Positions 54,106-62,587 of a stretch of DNA of 64,000 nucleotides are shown here, one piece after another (positions within the stretch are counted from its first letter, which is position 1; each line of letters opens with the position of its first letter). The notes beneath the pieces were generated by a model that saw only the letters and a program-made list of their open reading frames with translations, made no database searches and was not told the DNA's origin. This DNA is from a virus. A program made the translations under genes and the position numbers. The stretch lies in IMG/VR virus record IMGVR_UViG_3300005529_000004, positions 1 to 64,000 of that record; one strand, written 5' to 3'.

Positions 54106-54434
54106 TTCTGCCAGACTGGGTACAGCTCGACAGCCCAGTCGTCTTCGTCGTACTCGCGACCCCAGAGCCTGCAGCACTGCCGCAGGCGTGACTCGATCGT
54201 CTGCAGGGCGAGGTTCCGGGTCGGCGCAACGAGGGCGCCAAACTCCAGCCGCGTCGGGACGAACGTCCCGAAGGCCGGAGGGCCGGTGACGTCCGCACGC
54301 CAGTGCGGGCAGGCGATGGAGATGATCGCGCAGAGCTGGTCGTAGTCCATCAGCAGCCGAGGCGTACCATCCCACTCGGAGATCGGCGCTTCGGTCCGCT
54401 CCGGGTTGAAGAAGCTGTCGGGCCAGTCGCTCAT
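54102..54434 (-). CDS. Hypothetical protein
   Basis: ATGA overlap. Confidence 0.55.
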   Translation of the reverse strand: MSDWPDSFFNPERTEAPISEWDGTPRLLMDYDQLCAIISIACPHWRADVTGPPAFGTFVPTRLEFGALVAPTRNLALQTIESRLRQCCRLWGREYDEDDWAVELYPVWQN

Positions 54435-54559
54435 CGCTTCGGTCGCTTCCGCTTCTTGCGCGGGTCTGCGCTGCTGAGCGGCTGGACGTTGCCCGACTGG
54501 TCGATCGACACGTTGGGCAGGTCCTGCACGCTGAAGACGGATGCGGGCGCGTCGGCCAT
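54431..54559 (-). CDS. Small protein with a basic tail
   Basis: Leaderless ATG 7 nt after GGTAGACT. Confidence 0.55.
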   Translation of the reverse strand: MADAPASVFSVQDLPNVSIDQSGNVQPLSSADPRKKRKRPKR

Positions 54560-54614
54560 CACTCGGAGTCTACCGGCGCTGGCGTGTTCCGCCAGTTCAG
54601 GTATGATTCGGTGC

Positions 54615-54761
54615 ATGAAGCGAAAGGACGGAGCCGAGTTGGGATTCTGCGAGCGCTGCTTCCGTATGCGCTGGCTGCGCGCGTCCTCGGTCACGAAGCG
54701 AGTCGGCGACGTGCCGTATGGCACCTGCACCGGCTGCGAATCGGAAGGGAGCGCTCCATGA
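54615..54761 (+). CDS. Small zinc-finger protein
   Basis: CERC..CTGC; leaderless after TATGAT. Confidence 0.55.
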   Translation: MKRKDGAELGFCERCFRMRWLRASSVTKRVGDVPYGTCTGCESEGSAP

Positions 54762-55024
54762 GAGCCGACGACTACCCGATGCGCTGCACCGGCTGCGACC
54801 GCTACGTCTACGAGGATGCGGATTCGCCGCCCTGCCCTAACTGCTTCCCTGGTTTGGCGATGACCCGACGCGAGGCGGAGGATGCTGGCCTGTCGGAGGA
54901 GAAGATCGCCGAGGAGTTCGGGCAGGTCGCTGCCCGTAGGCGGGCGCCCGCAGCAGATGACCCAGACGAGTCCCGAGGGACGGAGGGCGCTGCGGGCACT
55001 CGCACTTCTGGAAGGGCCGCATGA
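54758..55024 (+). CDS. Small zinc-finger protein
   Basis: CTGC..CPNC; ATGA overlap. Confidence 0.55.
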   Translation: MRADDYPMRCTGCDRYVYEDADSPPCPNCFPGLAMTRREAEDAGLSEEKIAEEFGQVAARRRAPAADDPDESRGTEGAAGTRTSGRAA

Positions 55025-55191
55025 GCTTCGGCAAGCGCTGCGAGGACTGCGGCGGCATCGCCGCCATCCACCGCGTCGCGATCAAGAGGAAGCTGCCCAC
55101 ACACAGCCGCTTCATCCGCGAGGCGATCATCGAGTGCTGGGCCTGGTTCTGCGGCGCGTGCTACATGCGCCGGGCGCCGTGGCGCTCGTAG
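55021..55191 (+). CDS. Small zinc-finger protein
   Basis: CEDC..CGAC; ATGA overlap; below the ORF-track size cutoff. Confidence 0.5.
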   Translation: MSFGKRCEDCGGIAAIHRVAIKRKLPTHSRFIREAIIECWAWFCGACYMRRAPWRS

Positions 55192-56354
55192 AGTTCATCG
55201 GCGGTCCATTCGACGGCCAGACCGAGCTGGTCCACCCACCTGTGCCCGGTGGGGAGATGCCGGAGCAGCTCGCCTACGTCTACCGGCAGCCGACGATCGC
55301 GGTGCTGCTTCCCGTCGATCGTGAGGAGCCGATCGCGATTCCGGCGAACGCGCTCTTCTACACGCGCATCGAGGCGACCGACCGCGCGTCGGACGGCGCC
55401 GAGATTACCTACTACGCCGCGCTGCACGAGCTGGACTGGGATGAGGAGCCGCTCCAGGTTCACGACGAGCTGATCTTCGAGACGGGATCGCGTGACATGA
55501 CGATGGAGGAGTATGCGGCCGTGCTCGACATCGGGCGGGACCTCGGCCGAAGCTACACCGAGATGAGCGCGCTCGTCGGCGACTCGATCCGTGAGATGGG
55601 CGAGGCGGTTGCCGAGTCCGCTCGCGCGATGCGGCCGATGCAGTTCGCCACCGACATCTTCGGCAACCGGCACCGGGTCGAGAACGACCGGCCGCTGGCG
55701 GGCACGGTGCCTCCTCCCGGCTCGACGCACCTGCCGCCGGAGTCGAGCGACCGGCGCTACTTCGGGTTCGACGTCGCGTCCGCCATCGACAATACGGTGC
55801 CTCCCTACACCGCCGAGCTGCGTGGGCCGGACGGCAACGTCATCGGGACAATCTCGAACATCGAGATGACCACCCGGCTGGGCGAGGCGGTCGAATGCAC
55901 TTTCACGCTGCGACCCGATCAGGCTGCTGTTCTCAGTCCTGGCGACCTGCGCGGCTACTCGATCGCCACGCGTCGAGGCGCCGACGAGCCACGTCGCGAG
56001 ATCGACAACCTACACCTCCAGTCGATTCGAGCCGAGCCGCCGGTGGTTCAGGCGGTTGACCTCGTGGGCGGGCCATACCTGGCAACGGTTCCCGGCCCGA
56101 CCGAGTTCCGGGTCACGGCGCAGCAGGCACCTCCACCGCGCCCGGTCGTCCGCGACGTCTGGCGCGACCCGCGTGCAGGCAACTGGACGGTGCGCTATGC
56201 GGACGGATCGCTGCGGTACGTGAACGACGAGGTGATCGAAGAGCCGAACCGCGAGCTGCTCGACCGCACGCTGGCGGAGATCGGGCTGCGCGTCGGCTAC
56301 ACCGCTGAAGGCTTCGAGACGATCGAGGGCATCGAAGAGGACCCCGGATTCTAG
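55179..56354 (+). CDS. Hypothetical protein
   Basis: FIGGPFDG motif at the N-terminus. Confidence 0.65.
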   Translation: MALVEFIGGPFDGQTELVHPPVPGGEMPEQLAYVYRQPTIAVLLPVDREEPIAIPANALFYTRIEATDRASDGAEITYYAALHELDWDEEPLQVHDELIFETGSRDMTMEEYAAVLDIGRDLGRSYTEMSALVGDSIREMGEAVAESARAMRPMQFATDIFGNRHRVENDRPLAGTVPPPGSTHLPPESSDRRYFGFDVASAIDNTVPPYTAELRGPDGNVIGTISNIEMTTRLGEAVECTFTLRPDQAAVLSPGDLRGYSIATRRGADEPRREIDNLHLQSIRAEPPVVQAVDLVGGPYLATVPGPTEFRVTAQQAPPPRPVVRDVWRDPRAGNWTVRYADGSLRYVNDEVIEEPNRELLDRTLAEIGLRVGYTAEGFETIEGIEEDPGF

Positions 56355-56358
56355 AGTG

Positions 56359-56425
56359 CAAGAACTACCCGTTCGAGGGATGCGGTCCGTCCTCCCCTTC
56401 GGCGATAATCCGGGTATGGAGACCA
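56359..56425 (+). repeat. Promoter cassette copy 3
   Basis: CAAGAACTACCCGTTCGAGGGATGCGGTCCGTCCTCCCCTTCGGCGATAATCCGGGTATGGAGACCA. Confidence 0.92.
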
Positions 56426-56751
56426 ACAAGGAGGCCACGATGAACGCACTAAGCGCACCGCTGCCCAGCGCGATCGACCCGAGCTTCCCCGCGAAGAAGA
56501 ACGCGCGGCTAGCCGCACGGCTCGCCTACGCGCGGGAACAAGGCCAGGGCTACCTGACCTGCTCGATCGGCCACGGCAACGCCGTCCACGCCGCGATCAA
56601 GACCACGCGCGGCTGGGGCGGGCACGACCATCCCCGCGCACTCTGCCAGCCGCACTCGCCGCGCTTCTTCGCGGTCGAGCACGACCCGGTCGGCGACGAC
56701 CGCGCGGTCACCTGCCAGCGCTGCTTGGCGGGTCTGGAGAAGCGGTCATGA
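56416..56751 (+). CDS. Hypothetical zinc-binding protein
   Basis: VH..LC..VTCQRC. Start at 56416 (leaderless) or 56440 (SD). Confidence 0.65.
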   Translation: METNKEATMNALSAPLPSAIDPSFPAKKNARLAARLAYAREQGQGYLTCSIGHGNAVHAAIKTTRGWGGHDHPRALCQPHSPRFFAVEHDPVGDDRAVTCQRCLAGLEKRS

Positions 56752-57278
56752 CGCGCCACCTCTACTTCGCCTTCGGGATGAACATGGACCCGGAGACGAT
56801 GGACTACCTGCCCGGACCGCCGATCCCGCTCGGCCGCGCCTGCCTGCCCGACTGGGGCTTGCGGATGCGGGCCTTCGCGGACATCGAGGAGGCGCCGGGC
56901 GAGGTCGTCTACGGCGTCCTTTGGGAGCTGACCCCGGAGGCTCTGCTGCGGCTGGATCAGCGCGAGGGCTACCAGCCCGGAGGCTTCGGCATGTACGACC
57001 GCCGCGAGGTCACCGTGCTCGATCGCGACGGCCAGCCCGAGAAGGCGATCGTCTACTTCATGACGGATCGCTCGCGCGAATGGACGCAGCGACCGGCATC
57101 GGAGCACTACCTCGGCATGCTCCGCCAGGGCTACGCGCACTTCGGCCACGGGCCGGAGGCGGTCGCCTCGATGGAGAAGGCGCAGGCCGATGCCACTCCG
57201 CCCCGGACATTCTGGGACGACTTTCACGACCACTACCCGGATGGCCTTGCGCGCCACCCGGACGCAGAGGAGGACTGA
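56748..57278 (+). CDS. Gamma-glutamylcyclotransferase family protein
   Basis: LYFAFGMNM..VYGVLWEL..LD.REG..PAS..YL. Confidence 0.85.
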   Translation: MTRHLYFAFGMNMDPETMDYLPGPPIPLGRACLPDWGLRMRAFADIEEAPGEVVYGVLWELTPEALLRLDQREGYQPGGFGMYDRREVTVLDRDGQPEKAIVYFMTDRSREWTQRPASEHYLGMLRQGYAHFGHGPEAVASMEKAQADATPPRTFWDDFHDHYPDGLARHPDAEED

Positions 57279-57514
57279 TGAGCAAGATCGTAGACCTGGC
57301 CCAGCGGCGCTTGAAGCGCAAACTGCTGAGCGACGACACGCGGCGCCTGCGCCGTCTGATCGCCGCGCTGAAGGAGGCGGGCGACCGCGCGCACCACGTC
57401 GCCCGTCGCGCCGAGGCGCAAGGCGCCACCGAAGGCGCTCGCTACGAGCGGGAGCTGGCGGATGACCTGTTCGCCATCGCCTCGATGCTCGAAGAGGAGC
57501 TGGTGGGCCGATGA
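57278..57514 (+). CDS. Hypothetical protein
   Basis: GAGGAGG SD. Confidence 0.6.
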   Translation: MSKIVDLAQRRLKRKLLSDDTRRLRRLIAALKEAGDRAHHVARRAEAQGATEGARYERELADDLFAIASMLEEELVGR

Positions 57515-57705
57515 AGGCGTACCAACGGACCATCCGGCGGATCGCCGCCGAGCTAGGCTTCACCGTCGAGGAGGGCAAGAAGCACCTCCGCATCATGGAC
57601 GGAGAGGAGCTGGTTGCAGTCGCGCCGCGATCCTGGACCGAGCGGGGTCGCGGCCACAAGAATCTGGTGGCGGCGCTGCGACGCGCCGCCGAGAGGAGGT
57701 CGTGA
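57511..57705 (+). CDS. HicA-like small protein
   Basis: Helix, LGFTVEEGKKHLRI, P.S, KNLVAALRR. Confidence 0.55.
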   Translation: MKAYQRTIRRIAAELGFTVEEGKKHLRIMDGEELVAVAPRSWTERGRGHKNLVAALRRAAERRS

Positions 57706-57848
57706 TGGTCTGCCCGGTCTGCGGGAAGGAAGTCCGGCTCACGAAGGCGGGCAAGGTCGGCGCTCACAAGCGGTTCCGGCCGTGGGGCAGGTCCGGCAGC
57801 GGGATGCCGTCGCGCAGCCGCTGCGAGGGCACCGGGAGGAAGCCGTGA
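57705..57848 (+). CDS. Small zinc-finger protein
   Basis: CPVCG..H..CEG. Confidence 0.55.
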   Translation: MVCPVCGKEVRLTKAGKVGAHKRFRPWGRSGSGMPSRSRCEGTGRKP

Positions 57849-58309
57849 AGGACACGCTTGGAGTCGAGGTCGGCAGCCGCTGGATCATCTGGCGTGGCGT
57901 TCGCCGCGTCGAGGAGTTCGCCGAGCTGCCGCACAAGGGACCGGGCCTGTACGTCCGGGCCGTGCGAGAAGGCAACCACCCGGAGACCGGCAAGCCCCAC
58001 AAGCCGCACTGGACGGACTGGTTCCCCTTGCGGGCACTCGTCTCGCACGGTGAGCCGCTGGCCGAGGGCGCCGAGGCGCCGAAGGAGCCGGTGCGCTCGT
58101 CGCTGGCCGACGCGATCAAGGCCGAGATGCCGAAGGTCAGCAAGAGGCCGATGACGCCGAAGCGCCGCGCGCAGAACCGCGTCACGTCCCTGCGCTACAA
58201 GATCAAGCATCCCGAGAAGCACGGACGCTCGAAGTGGTCGAAGGCCGAGGTGCAGGAGCTGGCGAACGACCTGGCGGAGGCCGAGGCCGAGCTGGAGGCG
58301 CTGCGCTGA
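57845..58309 (+). CDS. Hypothetical protein
   Basis: GTGA overlap. Confidence 0.6.
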   Translation: MKDTLGVEVGSRWIIWRGVRRVEEFAELPHKGPGLYVRAVREGNHPETGKPHKPHWTDWFPLRALVSHGEPLAEGAEAPKEPVRSSLADAIKAEMPKVSKRPMTPKRRAQNRVTSLRYKIKHPEKHGRSKWSKAEVQELANDLAEAEAELEALR

Positions 58310-58575
58310 TGCCACGCCCGGCCGGGACGATGCTGGTCGTGCTGGAAGGCGGGCCTCCCGAGTGGGATGGCAAGCACACCGCGATCTCGAAGACCGGCGG
58401 CGGCGAGATGGAGCGCTGGTGCCACACGGCCGACGCCGCCTACGTCTGGCGCCGGACCGAGCGCACGCGCGAGGTCGAGGTTGAACATGAGCGCCGTTCA
58501 GGTATTGTGCGACTCATGGAGGAAGCGACCATCTACGAGGCAGTCGGCTACCGGGAGGATCATCCCCGTGCCTAG
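58309..58575 (+). CDS. Hypothetical protein
   Basis: LEGGPPEWDG. Confidence 0.55.
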   Translation: MPRPAGTMLVVLEGGPPEWDGKHTAISKTGGGEMERWCHTADAAYVWRRTERTREVEVEHERRSGIVRLMEEATIYEAVGYREDHPRA

Positions 58576-58966
58576 ACCGCGCCAGGCACGCCGGGCGACC
58601 TTCGTCAACGCGGGCAAGCCGCGCCGAGAGCGCACGCGCCTGGGCACGCAGCTCAAGCCGCAGCGCAAGCTGCCGGGCGGGATCACCCGGAAGTGGACAC
58701 GCTACGACCTGCTCACGAACCAGGGCCGCTGGTGGGTTGATCGCCACGGCGTTTGGCACGACGTCACGAAGATCGACCGCGACTATCAGGAAGCGCTCCT
58801 GCACTACTTCCGGGTCAACGCTTCTCGGCTGCAGCTCGGCTGGCTCTTCAACCGGCCCATCTACCCGTACCGCGACGATTTCGAGGAGATGGAGTACGCC
58901 GATCCGCAGGAGTGGATCATGGCGCAGCCGCTCGTCAAGGCGCTCGTGGAGGCCCTCGGTGCTTAG
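58568..58966 (+). CDS. Hypothetical protein
   Basis: In-operon ORF with a GTG start. Confidence 0.6.
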   Translation: MPRPRQARRATFVNAGKPRRERTRLGTQLKPQRKLPGGITRKWTRYDLLTNQGRWWVDRHGVWHDVTKIDRDYQEALLHYFRVNASRLQLGWLFNRPIYPYRDDFEEMEYADPQEWIMAQPLVKALVEALGA

Positions 58967-59095
58967 ATGGCTCGCCGTGACCCTTGCCGCCTACGCGGTC
59001 GGCGGGCTGTGGCTCGGGACGCAGATGCGCCCGGCCGTTGCCCGCTACGAGAACATGATCGTGCAGAATATCTCCGGCGTCACGTCGGCGCTGCG

Positions 59096-59587
59096 ATGAG
59101 TGTGGTCAAGCACGCCGAGGATTGCTCCTGTCGCGACTGCGTGGCACAGCGGAACGAGCCGGTCACTGAGTCTTGCTCCGCCTGTCGCAAGCGCCGGAAG
59201 TGCAAGATCGACGTGGCGATGTCTCGCGATCCGCTCACCGGCAAGGTGCCATCCTGGGCGCCGCGCTTCTGCTCGGAGTGTCTGCCGCTCTCCGTCGAAG
59301 AGCGCAGGGCGAAGACCGCCGAGGCGAAGACGAAGCGCCGCGAGGAAGAGCCGCCGCTGGCCTGGCCGTGCATCGGAGGTCCGCTTGACGGCAAGTACGC
59401 TGTTCCTCTCGACTTCTACGATTCGCACTGGGCCGATCGAAAGCGCGGTCGCTATGCCGAACACCAGGGCGAGTACGAGATGTACAACGGAGCGAGCGGC
59501 GGCTACAAGCGCATCGGCCACCGTCCGACGATGGTCTTCATCCACCGCTCCCTGCTCAAGCCGATGATCCGGGGACGTGACCGTTGA
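59096..59587 (+). CDS. Cys-rich hypothetical protein
   Basis: Multiple CxxC motifs; IGGPLDG. Confidence 0.6.
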   Translation: MSVVKHAEDCSCRDCVAQRNEPVTESCSACRKRRKCKIDVAMSRDPLTGKVPSWAPRFCSECLPLSVEERRAKTAEAKTKRREEEPPLAWPCIGGPLDGKYAVPLDFYDSHWADRKRGRYAEHQGEYEMYNGASGGYKRIGHRPTMVFIHRSLLKPMIRGRDR

Positions 59588-60180
59588 CCGCGCAGCAGTT
59601 CGAGAAGCGCTGGTGGGGCGATGCCTGCTGGACGTACGGCGAGGAGACGAAGCAGCTCACCTACGCGCGGCTCATGGGACTGCGGTGGTACGAGGATCAG
59701 GGGCGCTGGCCGGTCTACGACTTGGCGGGCAGCCGCGTGCTCGACATCGGCGGCGGGCCGGTCTCGATGCTACTCAAGACCACCGGCGGGCGCGAGAAGC
59801 GAGTGGTTGATCCGCTGCCGATCCCGACATGGTGCAAGGCGCGCTACCGGGCGCACGGCATCGTCTACGACCGCGCGCCCGCCGAGGGCTACCGCGCTGA
59901 GGGCACGCCGAGACGGTTCGATGAGGCGTGGATTTACAACTGCCTCCAGCATGTCCGCGACCCGGAGGCGGTCATCGCTACGGCGAGACGTCACGCCCCG
60001 ATCCTGCGCCTGTTCGAGTGGATCGACATCCCGGCGCACGAGGGACACCCGCATGAGTTGTCCGAGCGGCAGCTCGCCATGTGGCTCGGCGGAGACCGCC
60101 GCGCCGGAGGAAGGTCGGAGTGGCTGAACGAGAACGGCTGCGTCGGCCACGCCTACTTCGGCGTCTTCCGCCTGGACTGA
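59584..60180 (+). CDS. SAM-dependent methyltransferase
   Basis: VLDIGGGP, VVDPL and FD..WIYNCLQHV.DP. Confidence 0.85.
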   Translation: MTAQQFEKRWWGDACWTYGEETKQLTYARLMGLRWYEDQGRWPVYDLAGSRVLDIGGGPVSMLLKTTGGREKRVVDPLPIPTWCKARYRAHGIVYDRAPAEGYRAEGTPRRFDEAWIYNCLQHVRDPEAVIATARRHAPILRLFEWIDIPAHEGHPHELSERQLAMWLGGDRRAGGRSEWLNENGCVGHAYFGVFRLD

Positions 60181-60272
60181 TTCGCGCGGTAGTCTAAGCC
60201 CTGCCCGCACCTGGGGCGGTCTCGGCGTGCCTACTTAAGGCGGGACTGACCAGCGGGGTAGTGTCGTCTGAG

Positions 60273-61220
60273 ATGGCGACGCTCTCGAAGTTGGAGAAGC
60301 TGCTGATCGGTGAGGTCTCCGGTGTGGACTTCGGAGCCAACCTGATCGACGGCTGGATGATCGCGAAGTCGCGTGACGGCGCCGATGCCGACGCGCTCTC
60401 CTTCGTGGTCGGTCCCGAGCAGCCCTGGGTAGTCGGAGAGGCGGAGGCCCGCGTGCGGGCAGCCACCGGCGCCGAGGACGGGCCATCGCCGAAGTACGCC
60501 GCCTGCTTTCTCTGGCAGGATGGCGAGGCCGAGCTGACCGAGGACGGTGTCCCGGCTAGCTACGGCGCGTACAAGTTCCTGGTGGCGGACGTGATCGACG
60601 GCCAGCTCGCGGTCATGCCGAAGGCACTGGAGGCGGTCAAGGACCGGCTCGAAACCTCGTCCCTGACGGACGAGGCGAAGGCCGATGTCGCGAAGACCGT
60701 GTCCGCGCTGGAGGTCGTGACGAAGAGCGCGTCGCAGAGCGCTGGTCAGCAGGACGCTCCCTCGATTCTGGACCGGCTCCGCAAGGTGCTGGACGGAAAG
60801 GACGAGATCGAAATGACGCAGGACGAGCTGAACGCCGCCCTCGACGCCCGCATGGGCGCGCTGGGCGACGAGCTGGTCGAGAAGCTGCGGAAGTCGGTCG
60901 AGGCTCCCTCCGCCGAGGGCGCTCCGGCTGTCGAAGCAGCTCCTGCGGTCGAGCCTGCAGCCACGCCGGAGACCCCGGCCGAGCCGCAGCTCTCGATCGA
61001 GGACGTCACGAAGGCCATCGAGGAGGGCATGAAGCCCTACCACGACATCTTCGAGGCGGTCATCGACCGCGTGGGCAACATCGAGACTGCCCTGGGCATC
61101 GCCGCCCGCAAGAGTCTCGACGGTCAGGAAGGCGAGGCACGCGGCGAGGAGCCGCAGGCCCCGACGACCCAGACCGCCATCGCGAAGGCCCTGCAGGGCC
61201 ACCGGGTGACGCTGCGCTAG
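60273..61220 (+). CDS. Capsid scaffolding protein
   Basis: EVSGVD.GAN..W...KS N-terminus; acidic helical region; directly upstream of the MCP. Confidence 0.7.
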   Translation: MATLSKLEKLLIGEVSGVDFGANLIDGWMIAKSRDGADADALSFVVGPEQPWVVGEAEARVRAATGAEDGPSPKYAACFLWQDGEAELTEDGVPASYGAYKFLVADVIDGQLAVMPKALEAVKDRLETSSLTDEAKADVAKTVSALEVVTKSASQSAGQQDAPSILDRLRKVLDGKDEIEMTQDELNAALDARMGALGDELVEKLRKSVEAPSAEGAPAVEAAPAVEPAATPETPAEPQLSIEDVTKAIEEGMKPYHDIFEAVIDRVGNIETALGIAARKSLDGQEGEARGEEPQAPTTQTAIAKALQGHRVTLR

Positions 61221-61257
61221 CGCGCTGCGGACCGGGCAAGGAAAGGAAGGGAACGAA

Positions 61258-62250
61258 GTGCTGAGCACGGAAGAGCTGCTCCGCAAGGCCGTTCTCTCCG
61301 ATTCCGACGGGACCGCCGGTGCCTTCGCAGGTTCCGGTGGCGACTTCGGCGGAGCGGGCCAGGCGCCGATCAGCATCGAGCAGGTCACTCAGTTCATCGA
61401 GCTGATGGCCGCATCCCAGGTCTTCCTGGGCGATGTTCGAACGGTCACCTCGGCCTCGGCCAAGTGGCAGGAGAGCATCATCAACTTCGCCTCGCGCATC
61501 GCGCGCCCCGGCGTCGAGGCCACGCGCCTCGGCACCACGGACCGCGTGAAGCCGAGTACCGGCATCGTGGAGATCTCCACCGCGCTGATCCGTGGTGAGA
61601 TCCCCGTGTCGGACGAGGTCTTCGAGGACAACGTCGCGGGTCAGAACCTGACCCAGTCGCTGGAGCGGACGATCGCCGACCGCTTCGGCTTCGACATCGA
61701 GGACCTGATGGTCAACGGCGACAAGGCCTCGGGCGACACGTACCTCGCGCTGCTCGACGGCTGGGTGAAGCAGGTCAAGACGTCCGGCAACGCCGTGGAC
61801 GCCACGACCTACGCGCAGGACTACCAGGAGATCTTCCGGGTCGTTCTCGCCAACATGCCCAAGAGGTTCCTGCGGAACCTCGTCCAGAACGGGCGCTACT
61901 ACGTCCCCGTGACCCTGGAGCAGAAGTACCGCGACATCCTCGCCTCGCGCGGGACGCCGCTCGGTGACCTGATGCTCACGGGCACGAACGAGCTGCGCTA
62001 CCAGGGCATCCTGATCAAGGGCTGCCCGTCGCTGGACGCGGGCATCGTCAGCGGTTCGCCGGACACGTCCAGCGTCCTGCTCACGAACCAGAACAACCTC
62101 TACGCGGGCTACCACCGCGCGATGAAGTTCGAGACCTGGCGCGATCCGCGCGAGGGAGCAACGTCCTTCATCGTGACGGCCAGGGTGGACGCGAAGGTCG
62201 CCGTTCCGAGCGCGGCCGTCGTCGCCTACAACGTCAACGTCGAGGTCTAG
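61258..62250 (+). CDS. Major capsid protein (HK97 fold, XkdG/P2-like)
   Basis: EQVTQFI..EVFEDNV..DIEDLMVNGD..DGWVK..LLTN.NNL..RVD. Confidence 0.9.
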   Translation: MLSTEELLRKAVLSDSDGTAGAFAGSGGDFGGAGQAPISIEQVTQFIELMAASQVFLGDVRTVTSASAKWQESIINFASRIARPGVEATRLGTTDRVKPSTGIVEISTALIRGEIPVSDEVFEDNVAGQNLTQSLERTIADRFGFDIEDLMVNGDKASGDTYLALLDGWVKQVKTSGNAVDATTYAQDYQEIFRVVLANMPKRFLRNLVQNGRYYVPVTLEQKYRDILASRGTPLGDLMLTGTNELRYQGILIKGCPSLDAGIVSGSPDTSSVLLTNQNNLYAGYHRAMKFETWRDPREGATSFIVTARVDAKVAVPSAAVVAYNVNVEV

Positions 62251-62262
62251 GAGGGCGGCGCA

Positions 62263-62502
62263 ATGACGTACTCGAACCTGACCCAGGAGGCTCAGATCGC
62301 GGCGTTCTGCTACCTGATCGCAACGCTGGATTCAGGTGTGCAGACGTTCCTCGACGGCCTCCCGCTCCCCGACTTCTCGCAGGTCGAGGAGACGAAGGCT
62401 CTCTGGAGCACGCGGGCACGGGTCGAGGGCGGAACCACTCCCGGCTCCGCATACGTCGTCAGCGCCGAGGCGTACAAGTACGTGAAGGCGCACCGCTACT
62501 AG
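62263..62502 (+). CDS. Small hypothetical head-associated protein
   Basis: GGAGG SD; follows the MCP. Confidence 0.65.
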   Translation: MTYSNLTQEAQIAAFCYLIATLDSGVQTFLDGLPLPDFSQVEETKALWSTRARVEGGTTPGSAYVVSAEAYKYVKAHRY

Positions 62503-62532
62503 CGGCGACGCCCTCCTCGATCGGCCCTCCCT

Positions 62533-62558
62533 GAAGACCCGGCGCAAGCCGGGTCTTC
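62533..62558 (+). terminator. Intrinsic terminator
   Basis: GAAGACCCGGC-gcaa-GCCGGGTCTTC. Confidence 0.7.
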
Positions 62559-62587
62559 TCGTTGCCCGATTTGCTAACCTGCCGTCC

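Noticed and set aside
56361-56376. GAAC-N5-GTTC in the cassette as a LexA/SOS box
   Set aside because: Gram-positive SOS boxes have a 4-nt spacer; here it is 5 nt (7 nt in copy 1).
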